The notes below the pieces were generated by a model that was not told where the DNA came from, ran no database searches, and saw only the letters and a list, made by a program, of their open reading frames with translations. A program made the translations under genes and the position numbers. A DNA stretch of 64,000 nt from Candidatus Micrarchaeota archaeon (GTDB taxonomy: Archaea > Micrarchaeota > Micrarchaeia > Anstonellales > Bilamarchaeaceae): the NCBI GenBank assembly GCA_040758595.1, contig JBFLVJ010000004.1:3896-67895 (forward strand). Reading direction: 5' to 3'. Each line of letters begins with the position of its first letter. Position 1 is the stretch's first letter. Positions 1 to 8,965 of this stretch are shown one piece after another.

Positions 1-399
1 ACCTTGAGCATGAGGAAATACCTGAAGAAGGGTGCGAAGATAACCACCTTCGACGTCAGCCCCAAAGACAAGGTGGGCCAGTTCTTCAGGGATTCTGATT
101 TCGACGGAAGGCTGGAGCAGCACATAGACGACCTCACAGATTACGATACCGCATCGAAGCACGCAGCGCTGCTCAAATCCGCCGATATCATCTTCATGGA
201 CGCGCTCAAGGACGGCAAGATGGAATACCTTTTCATGGAGAACTTCGAGCGCATCAGCTTGAAGAAGGGCACACTCATCGTCTTCGACGACATCAAGGTC
301 TGGAACATGCTCAGGTTCTGGAGGGAGCTGAAGTATCCCAAGATAGACCTCACCTCCTTCGGCCACTGGAGCGGCACCGGCATGATAGAGTGGTTATGA
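1..399 (+). CDS. Class I SAM-dependent methyltransferase-like protein (TylF/CmcI-like), C-terminal fragment truncated by the window edge
   Basis: ORF is open to the window start. The translation (…ADIIFMDALKDGKMEYLFMENFERISLKKGTLIVFDDIKVW…) resembles the C-terminal half of sugar O-methyltransferase-like class I MTases. No start codon is present inside the window. Confidence 0.4.
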   Translation, partial: TLSMRKYLKKGAKITTFDVSPKDKVGQFFRDSDFDGRLEQHIDDLTDYDTASKHAALLKSADIIFMDALKDGKMEYLFMENFERISLKKGTLIVFDDIKVWNMLRFWRELKYPKIDLTSFGHWSGTGMIEWL

Positions 400-538
400 C
401 ACAGGCAGCCGCTGCCTTCCGGATATGGTTTCCAGTCATATGTTTCGGGTATCGTGTCCCGGCTATGCGAAACCCAAAACCTCAAACGGGAAACCAGTAT
501 TTTTAATGACTCAGGCCGATTAGTCTATCGGTGGGAAT

Positions 539-1306
539 CTGAAAGTCGCGATCCTATGCGGGGGAAGAGGCACCCGCCTGAACGAGGAGACCAGCACGGC
601 TCCAAAGCCGCTGGTCAATATCGGAGGCATGCCGGTCCTCTGGCACATCATGAAGGGCTATGCGCACTATGGCTACAGGGACTTCGTCCTGCTCCTGGGC
701 TATAAGGGCGACCAGATAAGGAGATACTTCACAGAATATGGATACATGGCCCGGGATTTCACCCTGAAGACAGGCAACGGGGAGCGGGAATATTTCGGGG
801 ACCTCGAGGACTGGACGATAACCTTCGCCGACACCTGGGAAGATAGCCTCACCGAGAGGCGGCTTGCCCTGGCAAGGAAGCACCTTGAAGGCGGGGATTT
901 CATGCTCACCTACGGGGATGGGGTGGGCGATGTGGATCTGAAGGCGCTCAAGAGGGCGCATTCCGGCAACGGGAAGAGAGGCACAATCACCGTATACAAT
1001 CCCGAATCCAAGTACGGCATCGTGAATGTGGATGGAGCGGGCAACGTGCTATCGTTCCGTGAGAAGCCGCTGATGACCGAGTTCGTGAACATCGGTTTCA
1101 TGGCGTTCAGACCTGATGTCTTCGACAGCATCAGCAAGGGGAACGTCATGATGGAGGATTCGCTCCTACCGGCGCTCGCCAAAGAAGGCGATTTGGGTTA
1201 TCATCACCACAAAGGTTTCTGGAAGCCCATGGACACATACAAGGATTTCACCGAGCTAAACGGCATGTGGGCGAAGGGCGATCGGAGATGGAAGGTATGG
1301 GAGTGA
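539..1306 (+). CDS. rfbF: Glucose-1-phosphate cytidylyltransferase
   Basis: Translation LKVAILCGGRGTRLNEETSTAPKPLVNIGGMPVLWHIMK…YKGDQIRRYF…FMLTYGDGV…EKPL… carries the G-rich nucleotidyltransferase signature typical of RfbF. The frame opens at 524 after a TAG stop. No ATG/GTG/TTG lies upstream of the GGRGTRL motif, so the start codon is uncertain. Confidence 0.75.
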   Translation: MKVAILCGGRGTRLNEETSTAPKPLVNIGGMPVLWHIMKGYAHYGYRDFVLLLGYKGDQIRRYFTEYGYMARDFTLKTGNGEREYFGDLEDWTITFADTWEDSLTERRLALARKHLEGGDFMLTYGDGVGDVDLKALKRAHSGNGKRGTITVYNPESKYGIVNVDGAGNVLSFREKPLMTEFVNIGFMAFRPDVFDSISKGNVMMEDSLLPALAKEGDLGYHHHKGFWKPMDTYKDFTELNGMWAKGDRRWKVWE

Positions 1307-2256
1307 GCGGAAAGAACGTCCTGGTGACAGGGGCCACCGGCTTCCTCGGCGCCCATGTGTGCGAGCTGTTCGCCGCGGAAGGCGCCAGCGTGGTCGCGCT
1401 CGCGCGCGACGAGGTGCCGGATTCGAGGTTCTATTTCGACGGCGTCAGTGGAAAGGTCGTCATAGCCAAGGAGCGCCTGGAGGACATCGAAGGGGTAACC
1501 CGCGTCCTAAACGAATACGAGATAGACCTCGTGATACACCTCGGGGCCCAGACCATCGTGCCGACAGCGAACCGTGACCCCTTATCCACATTCCGCTCGA
1601 ACATCGAAGGGACCTGGAACGTTCTGGAGGCAGCGAGGAGAGCCAGGGCCAATGCATCCATAATCGTCGCCTCCAGCGACAAGGCTTACGGGGACCAGGA
1701 GAAGCTCCCCTACACCGAAGAGATGGTCCCGGACCCGAAATACCCTTACGATGTCTCCAAGAGATGCTGCGAGCTGCTCTCGAACTCATATTCCTCGACC
1801 TATGGCCTGGGTGTCACGGTCACCCGCCTTGGAAACATCTACGGTCCGGGCGACCTGAATTTCAGCAGGATAGTGCCTGGCACCATACGCTCCATCATGA
1901 GGGACGAATCCATCCAGATACGCAGCGACGGCAAGTTTACCCGCGAATACCTCTATGTCAAGGACGCCGCTTCGGCATACCTCAGACTAGCAGAGGAGCC
2001 GAAGAAGGCGAAAGGCCAGGTCTTCAATGTGGGGAGCGACGAGCGGCTCACCGTCCTGCAGGTGGTCGAGGTCATCTCGAAAAAGATGGGTCATATCAAG
2101 AAGCCAGAGATACTCAACAGCGCGAAAGGCGAGATAAAAGACCAGTATCTGTCCTCGGCCAAGATGAAGGCGGCGATGGGCTGGAAGAGCCTCTACTCAT
2201 TCGACAAGGGGCTCGATGAGACCATCGCCTGGTACAGGGACTACCTCTCCAGGTGA
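1297..2256 (+). CDS. rfbG: CDP-glucose 4,6-dehydratase (NAD-dependent epimerase/dehydratase family)
   Basis: Rossmann motif VLVTGATGFLG. YxxxK is present (…PYDVSKRCCELL…). Overall it resembles RfbG. Start chosen at ATG 1297 (MGVSGKNVLV), overlapping the upstream gene by 10 nt. Confidence 0.75.
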   Translation: MGVSGKNVLVTGATGFLGAHVCELFAAEGASVVALARDEVPDSRFYFDGVSGKVVIAKERLEDIEGVTRVLNEYEIDLVIHLGAQTIVPTANRDPLSTFRSNIEGTWNVLEAARRARANASIIVASSDKAYGDQEKLPYTEEMVPDPKYPYDVSKRCCELLSNSYSSTYGLGVTVTRLGNIYGPGDLNFSRIVPGTIRSIMRDESIQIRSDGKFTREYLYVKDAASAYLRLAEEPKKAKGQVFNVGSDERLTVLQVVEVISKKMGHIKKPEILNSAKGEIKDQYLSSAKMKAAMGWKSLYSFDKGLDETIAWYRDYLSR

Positions 2257-2260
2257 GCCG

Positions 2261-3241
2261 ATGGTCTTCTCCTGCAGGATATGCGGAAACAAGGAAGGCA
2301 ACCTCACGATCCAGGCAAAGGAGATGATGTACGGGCTCAAGGAGAGCTTTGATTATGTGGAATGCGCATCCTGCGGATGTCTCCAATTGGCGCAGCTCCC
2401 GGAAGACATGGGGAGATATTACCCGAAAGATTACTACTCTATCAAGAGCGCTTCAGGCCCCCTGGCCTCTGCGAAGCGAGCGCTGATATCAAGCCGGGAC
2501 CGATACTCGCTCCTCGGCCAAGGGCTTCTCGGGAAGGTGCTGGACACGGTCTCCCCCAACGGCCTCTTCCATCTCATCCGGAGCAAGGCGCGCCTAACAG
2601 GATCCTCCGCCATCCTAGACGTGGGATGCGGCGCAGGCAGCATGCTCCGCTCGCTCAAGGCCATGGGCTTCGCGGATTTGACCGGGGCAGACCCCTATGC
2701 AGAGCCTGTGGAAGAGTCCGGCCTCAGGATACTGAAGAAAGGCATCACCGAGATGGACGGAGGGAAACGCTTCGACCTGATATTCTTCAACCACTCCCTA
2801 GAGCACATCCAGGACCAGGAGGGAAACCTCTCCAAGGCGGCAAGGCTGCTCAAGGAAAACGGCACATGCATCGTGCGCATCCCGCTCAAGAGCGAATACA
2901 TATGGAAGCGCTACGGCACGAACTGGGTGCAGCTGGACGCACCGAGGCATATCTTCCTGCACACCACCAGAAGCTTCGCCCTCCTCGCGGAGCGCTCCGG
3001 CTTCGAACTCACGGAGACCATATTCGATTCCAGCGAGTTCGTGTTCATCGGCAGCGACGCATATGAGAAAGGCATCCCGCTGGAGAGAATCGCGGGCAAC
3101 ATGCTAAGTCCGAAAGGCAAGCTCCTCCATTGGGGCGGGATAAACAGGCTACGGGCGAAGGCCGCCGAGCTCAATGCGAAGAGCCAAGGGGACCAGGCGG
3201 CGTTCATACTGAAGCTGCCCAAGGAAGGTGGTAGGGATTAG
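2261..3241 (+). CDS. SAM-dependent methyltransferase with N-terminal C4 zinc ribbon (putative NDP-sugar C-/O-methyltransferase)
   Basis: CxxC…CxxC pattern (CRICGN…CASCGC) is followed by the class I MTase motif ILDVGCGAGSM and FDLIFFNHSLEH. This architecture is typical of NDP-hexose 3-C-methyltransferase-like enzymes. Start taken at 2261, immediately after the stop of rfbG. Confidence 0.6.
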   Translation: MVFSCRICGNKEGNLTIQAKEMMYGLKESFDYVECASCGCLQLAQLPEDMGRYYPKDYYSIKSASGPLASAKRALISSRDRYSLLGQGLLGKVLDTVSPNGLFHLIRSKARLTGSSAILDVGCGAGSMLRSLKAMGFADLTGADPYAEPVEESGLRILKKGITEMDGGKRFDLIFFNHSLEHIQDQEGNLSKAARLLKENGTCIVRIPLKSEYIWKRYGTNWVQLDAPRHIFLHTTRSFALLAERSGFELTETIFDSSEFVFIGSDAYEKGIPLERIAGNMLSPKGKLLHWGGINRLRAKAAELNAKSQGDQAAFILKLPKEGGRD

Positions 3242-4118
3242 GATACTCATACTTGGAGCTACCGGGGTGGTGGGGTACCACATGGCGCTCCATCTCAAGC
3301 AGAACCACGAGGTGACGACAGCCAGCAGGTCGTCCTCTTCGACAGACTATCGTGTCGATGCGACCGACGAAGGGCAGCTGGAGCGGCTGTTCGATGAGAC
3401 GAAGCCAGAGGTGGTGATAAACGCCATCAAGCCGGCGCTCTCGACCGATGCCATGGAGAAAGAGCGGGAGCTGACGACGCTCGTCAATGCCAGGATACCG
3501 GAAACGCTCGCAGGGATGTCCAGTGACCGCGGATTCCTCCTGGTGCAGATAAGCACCGACTGGGTATATGCAGGAGAGGAAGGAAAGTGGTATGATGAGC
3601 GCTCACCCGTCTCGCCCAAGAACCATTACACAGAAACAAAGGCGCTGGCAGAGGAGAAGGTACGGACAATAATCCCGCAGAATCATCTCATCCTTCGCAC
3701 CGAAGGCGTCTTCGGCTTCGACGAGAAAGGCTCGAACATATTCCTGAGGCTCAAGCGCTCGGCGGACGGGGGCAAGCCGGTCAGGCTCCCTTCCGACCAG
3801 TATTCACAGCCAATCTGCGGCATCGAGCTCGCCAGGATGGCCGGCGCGCTGATAGGAAAGGGCTGCCGGGGGACCTACAACACCGTCGGCCCGGAATACC
3901 TATCAAGATACGAATTCGGCTTCCGGGTATGCGAGCGCTTCGGATTCGGCTGCGCGCTGGAGCAATTCTCGATAAAGGACCGCGACATCCCGGTGCCTGC
4001 CTTTCTCAGGATAGACACCTCAAAGCTAGCCGGGGAGATAGGGCAGATTAAAAGCCTTGAGGGGCAATTCTCGGATTTAGAGGAGTTTCTGAATGATCGT
4101 GCGCAAGATAGAGGTTGA
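3228..4118 (+). CDS. dTDP-4-dehydrorhamnose reductase family protein (RmlD-like NDP-6-deoxyhexose 4-reductase)
   Basis: N-terminal ILILGATGVVG Rossmann motif. RmlD-like core (…LVQISTDWVY…YTETKALAEEKV…SDQYSQPI…). Confidence 0.6.
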   Translation: MVGIRILILGATGVVGYHMALHLKQNHEVTTASRSSSSTDYRVDATDEGQLERLFDETKPEVVINAIKPALSTDAMEKERELTTLVNARIPETLAGMSSDRGFLLVQISTDWVYAGEEGKWYDERSPVSPKNHYTETKALAEEKVRTIIPQNHLILRTEGVFGFDEKGSNIFLRLKRSADGGKPVRLPSDQYSQPICGIELARMAGALIGKGCRGTYNTVGPEYLSRYEFGFRVCERFGFGCALEQFSIKDRDIPVPAFLRIDTSKLAGEIGQIKSLEGQFSDLEEFLNDRAQDRG

Positions 4119-4650
4119 AGAGCTTCCGCTTTCGGGCGCCTTCCTGATAAGGCCGCTCGAGTTCAAGGACGAGCGGGGCTCGTTCTACAAATTCTATACC
4201 GATGAGACCCTGAAGGCCATCGGCACGAATTCGATGTTCCCGGAGGAATACCTCTCGGTATCCAAGAAGAACGTCATCCGCGGCCTGCATTACCAGCTCG
4301 GAGAGAAGACGCAGGCCAAGCTGGTCAGGTGCACGGCAGGGCGCATATTCGACGTGCTGGTGGACCTGCGCAAATCCTCATCCACGTTCTCCAAATGGTA
4401 CGGTGTCGAGCTTTCCGCAGACAAACCGTTATGCCTGTACATACCGCGCGGATTCGCCCACGGCTACGCCGCACTTACGGACGACGCAGCGATACTATAC
4501 AAGGCTGACAACCACTACTGCCCTGATTCCGAGGGCGGACTTAGATGGGATGACCCCGAGCTTGCCATATCCTGGCCGGTGAAGAAGCCGTTGCTCTCGA
4601 AGAAGGACGCCAAATGGCCGGCAATCAAGGAGGCCCAGCTTTTCGATTAG
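4093..4650 (+). CDS. NDP-4-dehydro-6-deoxyhexose 3,5-epimerase (RmlC-like cupin)
   Basis: RGLHYQ motif, catalytic-His region and …YIPRGFAHGY… are typical of the RmlC/RfbC family. Confidence 0.75.
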   Translation: MIVRKIEVEELPLSGAFLIRPLEFKDERGSFYKFYTDETLKAIGTNSMFPEEYLSVSKKNVIRGLHYQLGEKTQAKLVRCTAGRIFDVLVDLRKSSSTFSKWYGVELSADKPLCLYIPRGFAHGYAALTDDAAILYKADNHYCPDSEGGLRWDDPELAISWPVKKPLLSKKDAKWPAIKEAQLFD

Positions 4651-4658
4651 GTGGCCGC

Positions 4659-5918
4659 ATGGAGGACAATCTCTATCGGTTCGCGAGGCCGCCCATAACG
4701 CTCGGCGCCTACCCAAAGAAAAAACTCATGATACTCATCCCCTGCTACAACGAGCTCGATTACCTGGTGGAGCATCTCAGGGCCCTCTCCGGACAGAGCT
4801 TCCTGGAGTTCGATGCGCTCGTAGTGCTCTCCAACATACTGGACAATCGCGAAGTTGCGAAGAAACTGCCGCAGCCCCTTCCATTCAACGTCATCCTGCT
4901 GAACCGGGCGTCGGACACCGGCTCCTCGGGCGGCTTCTATGCCGGAGAGAAATACGCGCTGGAGAACGGCTACGAGTGCGTGATATTCGCGGATGTGGAT
5001 GCCATCCCTTCGGCCGACAAGGACCTCGTGGAGATGCTCTGGAAGAGCTACGCCGGCGGCGCCCAGCTGGCCCAGTCATACATAAAGTACCGCCTCGGGG
5101 ACAAGATGGTCTTCGAAGCCAAGCCAGGCAGCAACCATTGCTACGGCATGATATCTACGGCCCTGATAAGGAAGGCGGGCCTCCACTACTATCCGCTCTA
5201 TATAGGCGCGGACGACACCGAGTATCTTCTGAGGACAAGTTCCCTCGCGCCCGTGGCGTTCGTGGACCGTGCGGTCTACCATCCTCTTCTGGCATCGGCC
5301 TACAAGAATTTCGACCGTGACGTGGGCTATATCATAAACCACATGCTCATCGGCATCCCGCGCTACTGGCTCGGGCACGTCTACACCCTCTCTACCATGT
5401 CGCTTATCTTCCTGCTCTTCGGAGAGCCGCACATGAGGGAATCCGCGCTGCACATCCTCAAGTCGGCCCTCACGTATCGGTTCGGGCGGGAGAACACCGG
5501 GTTCTCATCAGGATTCAGGGAAAAGGTGCAAGCGGTCGACAGGGCATCGTTCGACACAGTGGTCTCACCCATAGAGATTCCAGGGGTGAAAGAGCTCATC
5601 CTGCACAATTATGGCGGCGGCGAGGGCAAGCGGTTCGGGGATGCCCTCTCCACCGCGCTGAAGGTGCTGAGGAAGAGGACTCTTTTCTCCCAGGCCAACA
5701 TGACCGCCATCGTGGCAGGCATGCCGTTCGCGAAGGAATGCTGGGTGGTCCAGGGGGATGGCAAGGCGCTGCTGGTCTCTGACAACCGCTCATTGTCCAT
5801 ACATGTACTCAAGGGTGCGCTCTTCTGTTTCCTGTTTCCCTCGTTCCTCACGTTCTCCTTCATCAGCCTGGCAGTCAATCTACTCCGGAAGCCGGACACC
5901 ATGCGCTTCGGCCTATGA
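4659..5918 (+). CDS. Putative glycosyltransferase (GT2-like N-terminal domain, C-terminal membrane anchor)
   Basis: LMILIPCYNELDYL motif resembles the GT-A/GT2 N-terminus and a DVD/DxD-like motif follows. C-terminal hydrophobic segments are present. Start taken after the rmlC-like stop (MEDNLYRF). Confidence 0.45.
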   Translation: MEDNLYRFARPPITLGAYPKKKLMILIPCYNELDYLVEHLRALSGQSFLEFDALVVLSNILDNREVAKKLPQPLPFNVILLNRASDTGSSGGFYAGEKYALENGYECVIFADVDAIPSADKDLVEMLWKSYAGGAQLAQSYIKYRLGDKMVFEAKPGSNHCYGMISTALIRKAGLHYYPLYIGADDTEYLLRTSSLAPVAFVDRAVYHPLLASAYKNFDRDVGYIINHMLIGIPRYWLGHVYTLSTMSLIFLLFGEPHMRESALHILKSALTYRFGRENTGFSSGFREKVQAVDRASFDTVVSPIEIPGVKELILHNYGGGEGKRFGDALSTALKVLRKRTLFSQANMTAIVAGMPFAKECWVVQGDGKALLVSDNRSLSIHVLKGALFCFLFPSFLTFSFISLAVNLLRKPDTMRFGL

Positions 5919-7115
5919 TTTTCTGGCGAGGGCGGCTTTCAGCGCACCATCGATGCCTGCGCAAATATTTCTCCAGTCATATCCTTCCCGGACATGCTCA
6001 GCCATCGCAGATGATTTCTCCGCCAGGGCTTTCCTGTCAGCGATGGCTTCGGCGAGCCTCTTGGAGAGGCAGTCTGCATCATCGACCGGGCAGAGGTAGC
6101 CCAGCCTGCCGCCATCGGTTATCTCCCTGAACGATTGTATGTCCGAGCCGACCAGCACGGCGCCGAAAAGGCCCGCCTCCACTACCACCAGCCCGAAGCT
6201 CTCGTATCTTGATGGCATGGCCAGTATCTTTGCCTTGCGGTAATACTCATGCAGCGTCTCTTTTTCCACGAAACCCAGGTGGTTTATCCGCTTGGCAGCA
6301 TCAGGATGTGCCTTTAGGAACGCATCGAAGCTGGGCTTGAAGGATCCTTCCATCCCTCCGATGAGTGCGAGCCTCCAACATTCCGCCTCTTCGCATCCCG
6401 CGAAAGCGTCCAGCAGAATCTCGGTCGCCTTCTGATGGGTGCCTGTCCGCCCCACATGCAGGATGATACTTTCCTTGTCCTCGAAATCTACGTTCTTGGG
6501 CAGTATGGATGTTTCCACCCCGTTGGGGACGTAGATGAGTTTTTTCGCGACTTTTTTCAGCAGCGGATGCCTGGAGAAGAATGCGCACACCTCCTTGGAC
6601 TCGGCGCTTATGATGTCTATGGGCGAGAACCTGAGCAGAAGGTAGTAGCTGAGGATGCGCAGATCGGTCCTATCCGAGTTCTTTTCATAGTCATCGAGGA
6701 AAGCCGGGTCCTTGTCCCATTTGCAGTAGACGAGCCCTTTCCTGTTGAAAAGCTTGTAAACAAGGCCTACGATGTAGGTGTACCTGATGCTATAGGAATT
6801 CAGGATGTCTATCTCACTGGCCCGCCTGAACATGAAGGGGACGAGATCGAGCCCGATGAAAAAAGGATCCAGCTTCCCGAAGAGCCTGAAGAGCAGGCGG
6901 TTCTTCATGAGCGGGTTCTGTCCTATCTGCGACAGCTCAAGTTCCGGCGCGGCCTTTCGCGCCTCTTCCAGCAGTGCCGGATTCTCGTAGGATACGAATA
7001 TCGAGCGGTATCCGCGGTCTCGGGCGAGGATGCGGGGTATCATGCCCACGTCCTTGTGGAGGTGTATCGGGACGGAATACGGGAAGAAGGTCGCGAGCAC
7101 CGCCAATCCGGCCAC
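5913..7115 (-). CDS. Glycosyltransferase family 4 (GT-B, retaining)
   Basis: C-terminal GT4 signature …ILAMPSRYESFGLVVVEAGLFGAVLVGSD… (EX7E motif). Confidence 0.7.
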   Translation of the reverse strand: MAGLAVLATFFPYSVPIHLHKDVGMIPRILARDRGYRSIFVSYENPALLEEARKAAPELELSQIGQNPLMKNRLLFRLFGKLDPFFIGLDLVPFMFRRASEIDILNSYSIRYTYIVGLVYKLFNRKGLVYCKWDKDPAFLDDYEKNSDRTDLRILSYYLLLRFSPIDIISAESKEVCAFFSRHPLLKKVAKKLIYVPNGVETSILPKNVDFEDKESIILHVGRTGTHQKATEILLDAFAGCEEAECWRLALIGGMEGSFKPSFDAFLKAHPDAAKRINHLGFVEKETLHEYYRKAKILAMPSRYESFGLVVVEAGLFGAVLVGSDIQSFREITDGGRLGYLCPVDDADCLSKRLAEAIADRKALAEKSSAMAEHVREGYDWRNICAGIDGALKAALARKS

Positions 7116-7646
7116 CTACTTCTTCTTTGCGACCAGCTTCAGGTTCACGCCGCTAAGGTGCTTGGGGAGCAGGGGCAGCAGCACTGATTTCACTATCCTC
7201 AGGAACGCGCTTGGCGAGTCCTTCTGCATGAGGTAATCTATGCTCTCCACCTCGAAGCCGAACTTGTCGGCCCAGTTCCTCATGTGGAACGCAGTGTATA
7301 TCTCGAAGTGCCGATCCTCCTTTCCGTAGCCGCTGTAGTTGTGCAGGAAGAGCGTCTTGCCAAACCCGATGCCGAGATAGGCGGCATTGTCGGTGATGAG
7401 CGTGAGCCTGCCCCCTTTCTTGAGGACCCTGTTGGCCTCCTTCATCAGGTTGGCCGGATTCGTCAGATGCTCGAAGAGGTTCTTGGTATAGACCTCGTCG
7501 AAGGTGCCGTCATCGTAGGGCAGCCTGTCCTTGTCTATGTCGCACTGCTTGACATCGTCCTTCTGCGGATAGAGGTCTACGAAATCGGTCCCGATGGTGA
7601 AATCCTCTCCGCACCCTATGTTCAATACACGAGCCATAAGAATCAA
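7116..7646 (-). CDS. Class I SAM-dependent methyltransferase (Methyltransf_11-like)
   Basis: VLNIGCGED motif, …FDEVYTKNLFEHL… and LKKGGRL. Contiguous with the flanking GT4 genes on the same strand. Confidence 0.65.
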   Translation of the reverse strand: MILMARVLNIGCGEDFTIGTDFVDLYPQKDDVKQCDIDKDRLPYDDGTFDEVYTKNLFEHLTNPANLMKEANRVLKKGGRLTLITDNAAYLGIGFGKTLFLHNYSGYGKEDRHFEIYTAFHMRNWADKFGFEVESIDYLMQKDSPSAFLRIVKSVLLPLLPKHLSGVNLKLVAKKK

Positions 7647-7681
7647 ACCTCAACGCCGATGGGATAGTGCCGATGTAACAA

Positions 7682-8899
7682 TTAAAACCCGTCGCTTGCG
7701 CCTTCCTTGGCCTTTGCGACTTCTTGGAACGCGGCGCGCATCTTCTTGAAGAACATCTCCCAGGTGAAATTCTTGAGCACATGCTTCCGGCCTTCCCTGC
7801 CCATCTTCTCGTTCAAGTCAGGGTCAGCGGCCAGCTCCAGCATCCTCTGCGCCATCTTTTCCGTGGAATCCACCAGGAACCCTGTCTTGCCCTCCAGTAT
7901 GGTGTACTTCGGCCCGCCCTCGTCCACCGAGATGCAGGGTTTCTCGCTTGACATGGCCTCAAGAGGCACCAGGCCCCAGTCCTCCTTTATCGGACAGAAG
8001 AGGACGGCGTAGCACCTGGCATAGAGCGATTTGAGCTCTTCCTCTGGCAGGTCGGTCCTGAACTCGACATCCAGGCCCTTGGCCATCTCCATGAGGCCCT
8101 CGAAATATTTATGTTCCCGCTCCCGGTTGGGCACATGGCCAGCCAGAATCAGTTTCCAGTTTCCGGTTTCGGGTCTCGAGTTCCGCGAGCTGGGGTTCGC
8201 GTTCTTCATCTTGGCAGAGAACTTCCTGAACGCTTCGATGGCATACTCGAACCTCTTCTCGGGCACCACCCGTGAGGGGTAGAAGAAATACTTGTCATAG
8301 CCCTCGTTCCTGAACTCGTCTGCATGGACCCCTGGAGGGATGGGCTCCACCGGCTTCCCCACGTATTCGTCCAGGAACGCCTTGTCCCTGACATTGACAT
8401 ACGGGGAGACCGAGACCGTCTTCTCTATCTTCGGGTCTATCCTCCTCTCCCAGAACATGTACCAGCTGTGCATGGAGCGGGTGAGCATGCGCTTGTGGAA
8501 GGGGAGGGAGGCGACCTTCTGCGAATAGAGGTCGAAGGCGCTGCGCACCGGGCTGTAGAAATACCAGCACACCCGCTCGTTGCGGTTGCGTATCCAGTTG
8601 CCCGGTTTGGCATGGGCGTTTATCACGTCATAATCATCCTTCACCTTGTGGGTGAGGAATTCCATCCCGGCGACAGCCGAGGTATAAGCGTTGATGTCCT
8701 TGCGCAGGAAGAAGAATGGCTTCTCGAAAAGCGGCCGCTTGAGCACCCGCACGTCGAGCTCGGAGAACTCGGAGAATGCGCTGGTCTTGTCATAGAACGC
8801 GGTATATATGGGCGCGTCGAACTCCCTGGCCAGCTCCAATATGAGGCGGTCACCGCCCCCTTTCTGGAATATGGCCGGGTAGAATACCAGGACATCCAT
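7682..8899 (-). CDS. Glycosyltransferase family 4
   Basis: GT4 C-terminal domain (…FFYPSRVVPEKRFEYAIEAF…VLFCPIKEDWGLVPLEAMSSEKPCISVDEGGPKYTI…). Paralogous to the CDS at 18591-19742. Confidence 0.7.
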   Translation of the reverse strand: MDVLVFYPAIFQKGGGDRLILELAREFDAPIYTAFYDKTSAFSEFSELDVRVLKRPLFEKPFFFLRKDINAYTSAVAGMEFLTHKVKDDYDVINAHAKPGNWIRNRNERVCWYFYSPVRSAFDLYSQKVASLPFHKRMLTRSMHSWYMFWERRIDPKIEKTVSVSPYVNVRDKAFLDEYVGKPVEPIPPGVHADEFRNEGYDKYFFYPSRVVPEKRFEYAIEAFRKFSAKMKNANPSSRNSRPETGNWKLILAGHVPNREREHKYFEGLMEMAKGLDVEFRTDLPEEELKSLYARCYAVLFCPIKEDWGLVPLEAMSSEKPCISVDEGGPKYTILEGKTGFLVDSTEKMAQRMLELAADPDLNEKMGREGRKHVLKNFTWEMFFKKMRAAFQEVAKAKEGASDGF

Positions 8900-8965
8900 G
8901 CCATCTTCTCCAATAATTAGCTTTTAATGGAGTCCGGAACATCTTATATAGAGGAGGCGAAGCTT

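Noticed and set aside
454-705. ORF 454-705 (+), Arg/Gly-rich 83 aa
   Set aside because: It is an out-of-frame overlap of the 5' end of the Glc-1-P cytidylyltransferase gene. The real protein motifs (GGRGTRL) are in the other frame.
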